DNA from: Octopus sinensis
Lineage: Eukaryota
DNA length: 64,000 bases
Reading direction: 5' to 3'
Assembly (NCBI RefSeq): GCF_006345805.1
Contig: NC_043003.1
Span: 14,074,001-14,138,000 of the forward strand
Shown here: piece by piece, positions 39,421 through 53,680 of the stretch
Layout: every line of letters begins with the position of its first letter
How positions within the stretch are numbered: the first letter of the stretch is position 1
The notes under the pieces: model-generated
Seen by the model: only the letters and a program-made list of their open reading frames with translations
Told to the model about the DNA's origin: nothing
The model's database searches: none
Program-made: the position numbers and the translations under genes

Positions 39421-40148
39421 ATATATAAACATATATATACATCTTATATAAATGGCAATTTCTGTCTGTCTGTTACCATCATTGTACTTAAACCAGCAAA
39501 ACCAGCATTCACGAATCTTTTCATACATGTTACACTAACATCCAATTCAATAATAGGCTAATTGGATTTCAACAAAAATCTATAATGTGATCCCCGCCCC
39601 AAGAGGGGATGAACGAATTACATAATAAAATGAGAACGGTGCAAAAAAGCATAAGTCTGAGGGAAACACACTAGCAGATTGAGGGTGACTTATACCAGAG
39701 AAGGCAAGAACCGCGTTATGTAAGCGACAAATATTGTGTAGCAATGGGATGTTAATGTTAATACAGCAGTCATATACATGCAATGCTGCATACATACTTT
39801 AGTAAATACATAGAGACAACACGCACACAGACATTCACACACCCACACATACATGTCTACTATACACCATTTTAAACTCATGATTACCTGTGTGTACATT
39901 TGTAAATGTGTGTGTGTGTGTGCGTGGGTGTGTATGTCTGTGTGTGTGATGTCCTGTAACTGTCTGACTCTACTTTTGTAGGGTCTCCCCTGTTGCTGTC
40001 ACATATTGTGAGATTTTAAAATTACATCAAAATTTTCAAATTTAGTATATTGAAGTAATTTTCCATGTTAAATCCAATTTTGGTATTTATTTGTTCCAGA
40101 AAAATTACAGAAAAATGTTACTGAGGTTTGAAGTTTAATCAATTTTAC

Positions 40149-40230
40149 CTAATCAGAAAGCAGGATTTGGAAGCTGACATTTTCTACATGATATTTGCAT
40201 GATAGCCGGCATTTCCTGCGTGATAGCTGT
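40149..40230 (-). other. Candidate non-coding or first-coding exon
   Basis: Acceptor gattttgctttcattttgtgatAG, donor TAG|gtaaaa; stops in all frames. Confidence 0.2.
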
Positions 40231-40735
40231 CTATCACAAAATGAAAGCAAAATCATTAGGAAGAGGAATTTTTTATTAAACAAATGGAAGCAAAGCATTA
40301 CAGTGACCAGAGTTGTAAGGAATTCTAAAGTTTTAATGTCTAAAGTCATGTGAAATGGTCAAACAGACATGTAAATAATTTAAAAATGAAGCAAATTCTC
40401 AACAAAGTTTTTTTGGTGAAAAATTGCACAAATCTATCCTGATCAAGAGGCCAATCTGTCGAGGAAGGCATGGTCTAACATGGAATAAACAAAACTTTTT
40501 ATACGACATTCTATTGTAAAAATTGGCTGACAACAATGGGCTATTCAACAAGCACATATGTATATGTACATACATACATACATATACATATATATGTACA
40601 TATACAGATATATACACACACATAAATATACATACACAAACACAGATATATATGTATACATATACACATACATATATACGACATATACATACATATTTAC
40701 ATAATATATATATATATTTATATATATACATATAT

Positions 40736-40767
<32 letters not shown>

Positions 40768-40954
40768 TTATATATATATACATATATATACACACACACA
40801 TATATATATATACATGCGTATAATAAGGGATGACCACTAAGTGGACATCCAATATTACAATTTTTCTGAATTTTCAGATTTTTCTGTATGCTAGGCTACT
40901 GGTTTTAAATTGATGTTAATTAAATTAATATTCAATTTATCACCCTCATTATTT

Positions 40955-40997
<43 letters not shown>

Positions 40998-41751
40998 GTA
41001 TATATATATACATATGCTCCAGGGATTTATTTCTTTTGCTGAACCACTACACACACACACAAACACACACATGCCTGAATCTGGAAACTGTTTTGGTATT
41101 ATCTTATCTGTTCATTGTTCATTGCACTTGTTTATGTCAGCTTTGCCTGGCCCCCGTGCCGGTGGCACGTAAAAGCACCATTCGACCGTGGCCGTTTGCC
41201 AGCCCCGTCTGGCACGTAAAAAGCACCCACTACACTCACGGAGTGGTTGGCATTAGGAAGGGCATCCAGCCGTAGAAACACTGCCAGATCAGACTGGGCC
41301 TGATGCAGCCTTCTGGCTTCCCGGACCCCAGTTGAACCGTCCAACCCATGCTAGCATGGAAAGCGGACGCTAAATGATGATGATGATGATGATGATGAGG
41401 AAAAAGCTTTCCAGATTCCTGTTTTATCATATAACTCAGCAAATGATACTTCCAGAATTTCCAACTGTAATGTGTCCCTCACACCGGTACAACAATGACA
41501 ACAGCTGCACAATGGTTTGTAATAATGGAATAAGCAGATATCACACAGCTTTGGATTTTAATCCTACTTACGTAATACACACCACACATAAATACATACA
41601 TACATATAAACATATTCTGTTGTGTCTGGGAGAGTCATTTTCTTTTTGTGCCTTATAATTTACAACACTCACCGGTGAAATTTCCCCTTACTTCTTGTGT
41701 TTTATTTTCTTAAAATTCTCGTTGCGTCTTGCTATATATATATATTAAATA

Positions 41752-42134
41752 GTGGAGGCGCAATGGCCCAGTGGTTAGGGCAGCGGACTCGCGGTCATAG
41801 GATCGCGGTTTCAATACCCAGACCGGGCGTTGTGAGTGTTTATTGAGCGAAAACACCTAAAGCTCCACGAGGCTCCGGCAGGGGATGGTGGTGACCCCTG
41901 CTGTACTCTTTCACCACAACTTTCTCTCACTCTTACTTCCTGTTTCTGTTGTACCTGTATTTCAAAGGGCCAGCCTTGTCACTCTCTGTGTCACGCTGAA
42001 TATCCCCGAGAACTACGTTAAGGGTACACGTGTCTGTGTACTTACACAGCCACTTACACGTTAATTTCACGAGCAGGCTGTTCTGTTGATTCGGATCAAC
42101 CAGAACCCTCATCGTCATAACCGACGGAGTGCTT
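41752..42134 (+). mobile_element. Near full-length family B SINE, tRNA-Arg-like head (OR-type)
   Basis: GGCGCAATGGCCCAGTGGTTAGGGCAGCGGACTCGCGGTC head with TCG at the anticodon position; consistent with the tRNA-Arg-derived OR SINEs described in octopus. Confidence 0.85.
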
Positions 42135-42686
42135 CCATATATTAAATAAACATCATCAACAATGGCCTGTTCCATGTTGGGGATGGGTTGGTTTGTTTGA
42201 GACTGATATGTCCAAGGATGGCTTCAAGCTCCAGAGTCAGTTTTAGCATGGTTTTTATGGCTGGATGCCCTTCCTAACGCCAACTGTATACGTAAGGCAA
42301 TTTTTCCAAACACGCCTGCTAGATAAGTTAAATTTGTCTCAATTTGTCTAAAGGCGTAAGACATCCGCTGTTATCCTGTTATTACCATTCTTGTTTTTAT
42401 TTTTATTTTTGTTTTCGTTTTTTGTATTTATATTCGTGTGGCTTCGTCCGTTTTTCTGTCCTTGTTTCGTTTACATTCGATCCTTTTTCCAAGAAATCTA
42501 ATGCTCGCAGCTTAGTTTTTCATTGGAGCTGGCCATGTCGGAGCAATATCAGGATTAATCAGCCGAAATTTGCTATGATGATCCGGTTTCTGACTGAAGA
42601 TTAAAGGCTTCGATGACCGTCTCCGTTTTCTGTGTTCGTCCCTTTTGTGGATTTCACGTTCTTGTTTCTTTTTACAATATTTTATA

Positions 42687-42757
<71 letters not shown>

Positions 42758-44145
42758 TGCAGAGAGCACAGCACACACACACATATACAGACATACCCAC
42801 AAACACACACGTTACATATTCTAGATGGCAAGGAAATCCATGCACAGAATCAACATATTTTTCTACTATGTACAAAATTTTTGAATTTCCAATTTTTCAA
42901 CTGATTGTATATTTACTTTAAAAGAAAAAGATGGCAAAGAACTTGCTAAATTCGAAAAAAAAGAAGAAAAAAGATATACATGGGAAGATCAATTCCATTC
43001 CTAACTGATCGTTAATAATTATCAACATTGAAAAATATGGTTTTGCTAAAAATAAAAAATAAAGAAAAACCCTCTAATTAGGTGTATATTATCATTTAAA
43101 TCAGGGTCTTGGAGAAAAAAAATGAATTTTAAATGCACCTAATGCTCTTTGAGTCAAAAAATTCATCTCTCTACCATTTATATCATTTATAATTCCTACT
43201 TGAAAAGACAGAAAAATTAGCTTGGTAAAATATGATAAAAAAAACCCCCAAAAACAACACAAACGGTTTCAATGGTTAGAACTCATATTCAATGACAATA
43301 ATCAGTATAACTTATCTCAAGTTGCACCACAGTTGCTGTGTGTGTGTGTACATAGATATATGTATATATGTGTGTATATGTGTGTGGGTATATTTCGCTT
43401 TTGGATTTGGTTTGCAAGATTTTTAATATGTTTCGTGTGTTGAAGCAAATTTTTTTTTGTGTCTGGGGAGAGTCATTCTCTTTTAATGCCCTATAATTTA
43501 ACACTCACCGGTAAACAAATAAGTAAATGAGTGGAAATTTTACCGGTGAGTGTGTTAAATTATAAGGCACTAAAAGAGAATGACTCCCCCATTTACAACA
43601 GTATCTATATATATATAGGGATGGTAAAGAAGAAAAAAAAACAGAGACAATAAACCAACACTAGTTGTCAACATATATATAGCTGACAAGCTTCCACACA
43701 GTTTCCATTTACCAAATTCACTCAGAAGACATTGGTCAGCCTGGGGAATTGAACAAAATGCTCTACAGTATTGATTGTGACTCACTATGGTTCTGAGTTC
43801 ATATCTTGCCACGGTCAACTTTGCCCTTCATCCCTCTAGGGATTTCAGGCCTGTGCCTTTAGTAGATAGGATCATCATCATCATCAAGACAGTGAACTGG
43901 CAGATTTATTAGCATGCTGGACAAAATGCTTAGCAGCATTTCCCCCATCTTTATGCTCTGAGTTCAAATTCCATCGAGGTCAACTTCACCTTCCATTCTT
44001 TCAGGGTCAATAAAATAAGTACCAGTGAAGTATGTAACCCCTGACGTATGTAATCAATGCAATCCCTCAAAACCTGATGGCCTTCTGCCAAAATTTGAAA
44101 TTATTATTATTATTGGTGGTGGTGTTGTTGTTGTTGTTGTTGTAA

Positions 44146-44450
44146 AGGCGCATGGCTTAGTAGTCAGGGCATTTGGCTCCCGATCGTAAGTTCCCGGCAA
44201 CGCGTTGTGTCCTTGAGCAAGACACTTTATTTCACGTTGCTCCAGTCCTCTCAGCAGGCAAAAGCGAGTAGTACCTGTATTTCAAAGGGCCAGCCTTGTC
44301 ACACACTGTGTCACGCTAAATCTCTCTGAGAACTATGTTAAGAGTACATGTGCCTATGGAGTACTCGGCCACCTGCACATTAATTTCACGAGTAAGCTGT
44401 TCCGTTGATCGTATCAGCTGGGACCCTCATCGTTGTAACTGACAGAGTGC
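44146..44450 (+). mobile_element. Chimeric SINE: CORE-like 5' part joined to the family B 3' half
   Basis: GTGTCCTTGAGCAAGACACTT motif followed by GTACCTGTATTTCAAAGGGCCAGCC shared with family B. Confidence 0.75.
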
Positions 44451-44453
44451 TCC

Positions 44454-44489
<36 letters not shown>

Positions 44490-44645
44490 CATTATTATTA
44501 TCATTATTATTATCTTTTACTTTTAATCTACATCCTTGTCACAGTCACTTGCCGAAACACACCCAGTGTCCTAGGGCGAGTGAAGGATAAGAGATGTTAC
44601 AGTATGACTGAAAGCTTGGGGAGGGGAAGTAGCGAAACATCATCA

Positions 44646-44715
<70 letters not shown>

Positions 44716-45500
44716 TATACAGAATACATTGGCAGAATTTGCTTTTCAATCCACCATGGCTGATAAAAGTCAAGTAGTGCAGTTAAATGGTATCAACTCA
44801 CCTCTAGCCACCTTTCAGAACTTCTGGCCTTGTCCCCTACCTAGACCATTCATCTTTGTCACTGTCATCACAGCCATCAGCAGCAGCAGCAGCAACAGAG
44901 TGTGATGTTCAGAACAACAAGATACAGATTTGAACCCCCAACCATATCGACTCATCAGCCACAGGGTACCCCCACCCCCACCACCACTACGCACCTCAGT
45001 ATCAAAGCCCAACCATTCAAAAATAATCTACCAGTGCCTTTACTACACAACACACAATCAACTTCCAGTTCTTCCCTTGTTGCCAAACAAACTCTGCTAC
45101 TGTTCCACAGTAATCTCCAAACATCAGGCAGAGCCAGCCAACCTCAGTTGTAATAATAAATCAATAACACACACACACACAATATCACAAGTTTTAATAT
45201 AAAGTGTTGATAGAGCAGGAGAGGTGACTGAAATAAAGTGCAGACAAGATGTTTCACTGATTTTTACTTCTCTCTCTCTCTCTCTCTACCCCTCTCTCTC
45301 TCACCGTCTCTCTATCTCTCTCTTCTACAGAGTTCTGTGTTCAAATTCCACCAGTGTCATTTAGAATCAATAAAATGAACACCAATACTATACCAGGGTC
45401 AATCTAATTTATTTGATTATCCAATTACTTACAGAAGTTGGCCCTGTGCCTCCACTAAGTAAAAAAACTGTAAGGAACGTGATGAAGAGATTTACCATAT

Positions 45501-45725
45501 TTAACCCTTCGGCATTCAGATTGCTCCATCAAATGTAATGCTTATTTATTCACAGTTTTGAATTGATCATGTATTATCTCACAGCTTCAAAATTTTGATG
45601 ATGTGACTGTTTATTTTTAGAATGACATTGTAGCATAGGCATGGGGACCTTGATCTAGCCATTTTGACCATAAACAGGTAGCATATTTGGGTGGGATATG
45701 GCTGGTTTAAGTGCTAAAGGGTTAA
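45501..45725. mobile_element. piggyBac-type MITE, first family
   Basis: TTAA-CCCTT...GCTAAAGGG-TTAA; other copies at 26895-27085, 30340-30507, 47460-47685, 53130-53220. Confidence 0.85.
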
Positions 45726-45797
45726 AATTATGTACCAAAATATGAAAAGAGAAGTTAAACTGATTTGATAATGTTTATAACAGTAAGTACAAATATA

Positions 45798-46320
45798 GGT
45801 GCAGGAGTGGCTGTGTGGTAAGTAGCTTGCTTACCAACCACATGGTTCCGGGTTCATTCCTACAGCCTCAGGCTGACCAAAGCCTTGTGAGTGAATCTGG
45901 TACACAGAAAGTGAAAGAAGCCCGTCGTATATATGTATATATATGTATGTGTGTGTATATGTTTGTGTGTGTATATGTTTGTGTTCAGTCCCACTGCGTG
46001 GCATCTTGGGCAAGTGTCTTCTGCTATAGCCCCGGGCTGACCAATGCCTTGTGAGTGGATTTGGTAGACGGAAACTGAAAGAAGCCTGTCATATATATGT
46101 ATGTGTGTGTGTTTGTGTGTCTGTGTTTGTCCCCCTAGCATCGCTTGACAACCGATGATGGTGTGTTTACATCCCCGTAACTTAGCGGTTCAGCGAAAGA
46201 GACCGATAGAATAAGTACTAGGCTTACAAAGAATAAGTCCTGGGGTCGATTTGCTCGACTAAAAACAGTGCTCCAGCATGGCCGCAGTCAAATGACTGAA
46301 ACAAGTAAAAGAAAAGAAAG
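45798..46320 (+). mobile_element. Family A SINE with a second family A fragment inserted in its B-box
   Basis: Head breaks after GGTTCA (about 45856) and resumes at GTTCAGTCCC (about 45982). Confidence 0.85.
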
Positions 46321-46889
46321 AAAAATAATGGTCAAACAGTGAATCTGGATTTCACTTGGCTTCATACCACATGGTTCTTGGTTCAAGCTCCTTAGCAATC
46401 AACTTATTTAACCGTCCCTTTATGTACACACACACACTTTACTCCACACAAGGACACATATGGAGACACATGTGCACACATATAGAGATGCACATCCATA
46501 CATACAAACATGGTACATAGTTGCAAAACACACACACATACTCACAGACATGCACACACAGGGAGACAGAGGTGCATACATATACAAACACATGCTCACA
46601 CACACACACACACATACATAACACATACACACAAACATGGACATGAAAGCACATGAATATGCAAAATACATACATATGCATACACATACATACATATATA
46701 CATATGCATACACACACATGCATACACACACATGCATACATACACACATACATAAGTGCATGCATGCATAGGCACCACACACACACTGACCCACACACAT
46801 GCGCATAAACAAACAAAACGGAACACAATGTAAATAACAGACAGAATCAAAACTATTGAAAAGGTTGCAAGACGCATCAAAAATTTTTA

Positions 46890-46920
<31 letters not shown>

Positions 46921-48856
46921 TTAACGTCCGCTTTCCATGCTAGCATGGATTGGATGGTTCAACTGGGGTCTGGGAAGCCCGAAGGCTGCACCAGGCCAGT
47001 CAGATCTGGCAGTGTTTCTACGGCTGGATGCCCTTCCTAACGCCAACCACTCCGTGAGTGTAGTGGGTGCATTTTATGTGCCACCGACACAGGTGCCAGA
47101 TGAGGCTGGCGAACGGCCACGCTCGGACGGGGTTTTTTTCTATGTGCCGACACAGGTGCCAGACGAGGCTGGCGAACGGCCATGCTCGGATGGTGTTTTT
47201 TTTTTTGTGCCATGAACACAGGTGCCAGACAAGGTTGGCGAAACGGCCACGCTTGGATGGTGTTTTTTTATATAAAATAAGAAATAAGTGGAAATTTCCC
47301 GGTGAGTGTGTTAAATTATAAGGCACAAAAAGAAAATGACTCTCCCCAGGCACAGCAGTTAACGGGGGCAGTTAATAAGTATAAATAGGAAGTACTGATT
47401 AACTTCCTATTTGTACGATTAATGAAATCAACTGACTGAGCACATTATCCATTTATCTTTACCTTTAATATTTAAACCGGCCATATCTGGCCCAAATGTT
47501 TTACCTGTCTTACCTGTTCAAACTGACCAGATCCAGCCTTTCACACCTATCCTACAATGCCGTTGTAAAAATAAACCATTAAAACACTGAAATCTTAGAG
47601 TTACAAGATCACGCTTTATTATTTCAAAACAATAAAATAAATAAGCTTTACTTTAGACAAAATAATCTGAATGCTAAAGGGTTAATATATTCAAAATTAA
47701 AATCAACAAAAGGGCCATGAACTTTAGGACAGAAAACTCAATACCAAACCAGTAACGAAGTTTCCTTTTCACTAAAACTCAAGCAAATTTTGTGAAATCC
47801 AATTTAGTCTTATGATATTTCGTTCTTTAAGCTTTTTGGTCAATCAACACAACCTTTTGAATTTGTAGGACCCTATTTTTTTCTCTTTGTAATCCCTAAT
47901 GGGAAAGACCTCCACCTGTCCCCGCCCTCCATTTTCTCCCAAATTTGTTTATTTTTGTAATTTTTTTTTTTTTGCCAAAAATCCCCGTTTTTGGATACCA
48001 AGGTTCCGGAAAATTGCCAAAAACCGGCATTGTGAAATTTTTTTCCCCTGCTTCCCCCACCCCAACTTCTTAAATTTTGACTTTTTTCCCCTAAAACCCT
48101 AACCCAAAACCTAAAACCCTAACACCATAACCATAAGTACAGAAATGTTTTGAAATTTTTGTTTGAATCATGATGTTTGTATTTTTCTGCATATTTATAT
48201 AAAAAAAAAATTCTTAAAAAAAAATTTTACGAAGATCTTCGGAAATTTTTTTTCAGAACCATAATCTCCGTATTTTTCCACATGTTTAAAAAAAAAATTG
48301 TGAAAAAAGTTTAAAATGAAGGAAATGGGAGGGTGGTGGTTAATTTAGAAATATCGATTTTTGCCAATTTTTTTTGAAGATTTATATTCCCCATAGCCGA
48401 AAATGGGGTTTGAAAAAAAAATTTGGGGGGAAAGGGTGGTTGGTGGGGAGTCTTGCCCCCAATGCTACAAAGGCCTCAGTATTTGTTTTGGATAAAATTG
48501 CATAAAAGAAAATGATATAGACAACACTGTTACATTTCTATTGCATTCAGTTCACTCATTGGACTGTGGCCATGCTGGGGTACTACTTTGAACAGTTTAG
48601 CTGAACAAATCAACCTTAGTATTTATTGTGGTACTAATTCCGTCAGTTTCTTATTGTCAAATCATTAAATTATAGGGATGTAAACAAACTAATACCAGCT
48701 GTTAAGTAGTGAGAGTTAAACACAAATGCACAGACACACACAGATCTCCACACAGCTTCTGTCAGCCAAATTCAGATCTCCACACAGCTTCTGTCAGCCA
48801 AATTCACCCATAAGACATTAGTCAGCCCAGGTCTACCCTAAAAAAAAAACAGTTAC

Positions 48857-49309
48857 TTAACCCTTTCGTTACTAATCCGGCTGAAACCGGCTCTCGATCT
48901 TTAGTATAAATGTCTTGTTTTCTTAAGTTTTGAATTAAAATCTTCCACCAAACCTTAGTCACAATTTATGTTCCTAACACTAGCTTAACCCTTTCGTTAC
49001 TGTATTTATTTTGAGCTGTTCTCTGCTTCTTTCAATTACTTTAAATATAACAAAGAATTTAGTAAAATAACTTAGTTATCATTAAGCTAGTGCTAGGAAC
49101 ATAAATTGTGACTAAGGTTTGGTGGAAAATTTTAATTCAAAACTTATGAAAACAAGGCATTTATATTCAGAGCCAAGGCCGGTTTCAGCCAGGTTGGTAA
49201 CGAATGGGTTAATGATAACGAAGTTAATTTACTAAATTCTTTGTTATATTTAAAATAATTGAAAGAAGCACAGAGCATCTCAAAATAAATACAGTAATGA
49301 AAGGGTTAA
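48857..49309. mobile_element. piggyBac-type MITE with an inverted copy of itself (48985-49212) inserted at an internal TTAA
   Basis: Four matching termini; TTAA duplicated at 48985 and 49209; removing the insert restores the 35667-35881 sequence. Confidence 0.92.
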
Positions 49310-50192
49310 GGTGTCATTCAGTAGGACTGAACCTGGAACTCAGGGATTGGATATAAAGCAAACTTCTTAATCACACAGCCGTGCCTGCTTCTACACAAAT
49401 GATAGTCATTTTATCAACCTCAGTAAAATGAAAAGCAAAAATGACGAGGGGAAAAATAAATATAAATACTTCTAGAAAGGATGCGGAGAACTACTTGCTG
49501 TGCTGGAGCCATGAACATGTAATTCTTCCATGTATATGATTCCACATAATTAAAGAATTCACATAAACACTGGAGTGACAATTCTAAAGATTAGGAAGAG
49601 GGACGTAAAACAACTGACCCTCAATTGCAGGGTGCAAGGTAGCAGGGAAGCAGGGAAGGAGAAAGGGAAAGATTTTTTTTCATTTCTTAAGCAGTTTCAC
49701 TGAGTTTAATGGAATTAAATATATTTTAATATCACACACTGACTCCTTCACCATCGCGTTTTCCAAGTACTTAAATTTTTTTATATCATCATCATCATTA
49801 TTATTACTATTACTATTATTATTATTATTATTATTATTATCATTTCTAATCTGTTTCAAGTTCATTGCCTCAAACCATGCTGGTCATGATCTGGCCACAC
49901 GTCCAGCAGTCATCTCTAATTAGCAAATTCTCTAAGTTACGCTCGCATGCACATGTACACACACATGCATGCAGACAGACAAATGTGCATGAGAACATAC
50001 ACACACACACACATGCGTGGTGGCAATTAAAGAGGTCATCTAATAGAAACCATCCAAATAAGCAATGGAACCTGAGCTTTTGTTCTCATAATCAGTTGCT
50101 TTATAAAGAAAGAAAAAAACAGAACCTCTAACTTAGTAATTTATACATAGAAACATGAGAAGTTCCTGGTTTTTATTTTCAGTATATATATA

Positions 50193-50225
<33 letters not shown>

Positions 50226-50226
<1 letters not shown>

Positions 50227-50621
50227 CTTTATATATAAAAGAGAGGTTGTGTGTCTGTCTCCTACGATTTACATTCCTAACTACTCCCACATTTTGCGGT
50301 GCAGTTTAACCAAAACTGGGTATCTTATAGTCGTAATTCATATCGAGCCCTTCTGGGTATTAGCGCATGTCTACGATGAGTCTACGATTTAAAAAAAAAT
50401 TTAACATCATTTTTCCCATTTTAATGCATTTTTTTGCCATTATATAAGGGAAGTAACTCTCTAAAAATGTCTACGATGAGTCAACGATTTAAAAAAAAAT
50501 TTACCATCATTTTTTTTCCATTTTTAATGCATTTTTTAGCTATTTTTTGGCTATAACTGTCTAAAAATGCTTATATAGTTATTTCTCTTACAAACCCGAG
50601 CAACGCCGGGCGATACTGCTA

Positions 50622-50622
<1 letters not shown>
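50226..50622 (+). mobile_element. Non-autonomous Helitron
   Basis: 5' TC, subterminal hairpin CCCGAGCAACGCCGGG, 3' CTAG, inserted between A and T in (TA)n; internal ~100-bp duplication. Confidence 0.9.
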
Positions 50623-50677
<55 letters not shown>

Positions 50678-50688
50678 ATGTATATATG

Positions 50689-50720
<32 letters not shown>

Positions 50721-51113
50721 ATTGGGAGTAACGTAACTTCTAGGTGCCTACCCACGCATATGAGCAGGCGTGGGTAGGCACAGGCATGACTGTGAGGTTT
50801 GGAAGTAAGCGTTCCAGCCTTGCAGTTTCAAGTTTAGTCTCACAACATGGCATCTTGGGCAAGTTTTTCTACTATAGCTGCAGGTCAACCTAAGCCTTGT
50901 GAGTGAATTTGGGAGACAGAACCTGAAAAAGCCCATCATGTATGTACAGTTATTATTTTTTAAGCCAAGTACTTAATCTATCGGTCTTTTTGCAAACCCG
51001 CTAAGTTTCAGGGACATAAACACACCAATACTGGTTGTCAAGCGGTGATGAAGGGACAAACACATACACATAGATATATATATACATGATACATACACAC
51101 ATACATATAAATA

Positions 51114-51164
<51 letters not shown>

Positions 51165-51214
51165 CTACATATAAATATATATATGTGTGCGTGTGTGTGT
51201 ATATTATATATATA

Positions 51215-52200
51215 TATCATCATCATCATCATCGTCGTTTAACGTCCGTTCTCCATGCTAGCATGGGTTGGACGGTTCGACCGGGGTTCTGGGAAGCCAG
51301 AAGGCTGCACCAGGCTCCAGTCTAATCTGGCAATGTTTCTACAGCTGGATGCCCTTCCTAACGCCAACCATCCGTGAGTGTAGTGGGTGCTTTTTACGTG
51401 CCACCTGCACAGGTGCCAGGCGGGGCTGGCAACGGCCACGGTCAGATTGTGTATTTTATGTGCCACCGGCACGGAAGCCAGTCGAGGCGGTGCTGGCATC
51501 GGCCACGAGTCGGATAGTGCTTTTTACGTACCACCAGACAGGGATCCTGGCTGGTTCAATTCGATTTCGATTTCGCTTGCCCCAACATGTCTTCACAGCA
51601 AAGGGGGTTGGCATGGGTGCCTGTCGTACGGTCGCATTGGAGTATTTTACGTGCCACGCCACGAGTGGATAGTGCTTTTTACGTACCACCAGACCAGGGA
51701 TCCTGGCTGGTTCAATTCGATTTCGATTTCGCTTGCCCCAACATGTCTTCAAAAGCAAAGGGGGTTGGCATGGGTGCCTGTCGTACGGTCGCTTGGAGTA
51801 TTTTACGTGCCACGGCCACGAGTCGGATAGTGCTTTTAGTGCTTAAGTACCACCAGACCAGGGATCCTGGCTGGTTCAATTCGATTTCGATTTCGCTTGC
51901 CCCAACATGTCTTCACAAGCAAGGGGGTTGGCATGGGTGCCTGTCGTACGGTCGCATTGGAGTATTTTACGTGCCACGGCCACGAGTCGGATAGTGCTTT
52001 TTACGTACCACCAGGCCAGGGATCCTGGCTGGTTCAATTCGGTTTCGATTTCGATTTCGCTTGCCCCAACATGTCTTCGCAAGCATGGGGGGTTGGCATG
52101 GGTGTCTGTCGTCGGATGAGGTTCTATATCGACTTCGCTTGCCTCAACCGGTCTTTGTGTCCAAGGGAGGAAAGGCATTCATAAGTGGGCTGGGCTCACT
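51215..52200 (-). mobile_element. Long family D element containing a ~157-bp tandem array (about 4 units, 51502-52112)
   Basis: Units begin GCCACGAGT at 51502, 51658, 51815, 51979. Confidence 0.9.
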
Positions 52201-52765
52201 ATATATATATATATATATTACACACAACAGGCTTCTTCCAGTTTCTATCTACCAAATCCACTCACAAGGCTTTGGTCAGCCTGAAGCTGTAGTAGAAGAC
52301 ACTTGCCCAAGGTGCCATGCAGTGGGACTGAACCCGGAACCATGTGGTTGGGAAGCAAGCATCTTACCACACAGCCATGCCTGTGCCTATGCAATTTTGA
52401 TTGAAGGTTTTAATTTAGTTCGTTAACAAACAGGAAATTTGTGTCTTAGAACCAGGGGTGTGTTCTCAGGCAATTTGGTATGTAAAAGGTTTAAACCTGA
52501 AGATGATGTTCATATCTGCTAAAGTGCCAAGATGTCACCAAAATGTCGGCCATGTGACATTTCTGTGGAAGCTGGCACAAACGCAGTCAGCATCAGCTCC
52601 TTACATTCAAGTTGCATACATATAGGTTGTGTGGCTGTGTGGTAAGAAGCTTGCTTCCCAACCACATGGTTCCGGGTTCAGTCCCAATGTGTGTCACTTT
52701 GGGCAAGTGTTTTCTGACCAAAGCCTTGTGAGTGAATTTGTAGATGGAAACTGAAAGAAGCCCAT

Positions 52766-52802
<37 letters not shown>

Positions 52803-53644
52803 GTATATGTATATATCTATGTGTCTTTGTATTTGCCCCCTCCCCCAACCAACCATCACTGCTTCACAACCAGTATTGGTGTGTTTACATCCCCGTAACT
52901 TAGCACTTTGGCAAACGAGACTATTAGAATAACTACTAGGCTTTAAAAAAAATATGTCCTGTGGTTTATAAAAATATGTCCTGGTGGTGCTCCACCATGG
53001 CGACAGCCAAATGACTGAAATAACTAAAAGAAGGAAAGAATATGTTTTACCTGAAATAAATGTTTAATATTATGCTATTATGGCCAAAGTCCATTGACCA
53101 AAACAAGTAAAAGATGTTGGCAGCGTCATTTAACCCTTTAGCATTCAGATTATTGTGTCAAATGCAATGCTTATTTATTCCCTTCGGTTTGAATTTATCA
53201 TGCATTATCTTGTGGCTTTGAATTTTTGCTTATGTAATAAGCAATGGAGTATCTCAATCATACTAAATCATAAGATAGCAAAAAATAGAAGATATTTAAA
53301 AAAAAACATGTGATTTAATGGTACCAGTACTTTTGAGGGTGTCACTAAGTCACTTGCAGAATATATACATATATATACATATATATAATATATATATATA
53401 ATATATATAATATATATATATATACATACATACATATACATACATATATATATATACATACATACATATACATACATACATACATATATATATATATATA
53501 TCTATATATATATAATATAATATATATATTATATATATATATATATGTATTATATATATATATATATAGGGAGAGTTTATGAAAAAAACAAAAGACGAAG
53601 AAACAAACAGATGTATTAGTATAACGCTCAGGAATAGAAAAAGT

Positions 53645-53680
53645 CTTTGATGTTTTGAGCCTACGCTCTTCTACAGAAAG
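53645..53680 (-). ncRNA. Degenerate hammerhead motif (family of 37629)
   Basis: CTTT-CTGTAGA-A-GAGC-GTAG-GCTC-AAA-ACAT-C-AAAG. Confidence 0.45.

Noticed and set aside
41752-41825. Functional tRNA-Arg gene
   Set aside because: tRNA-like head continues into a SINE body and the acceptor stem does not close
42545-42620. CAGCCGAAA and CTGAAGA in permuted order
   Set aside because: Could not build consistent stems I and III
51387-52184. Several 100-147 aa ORFs
   Set aside because: Products of the GC-rich tandem array inside a SINE-like element
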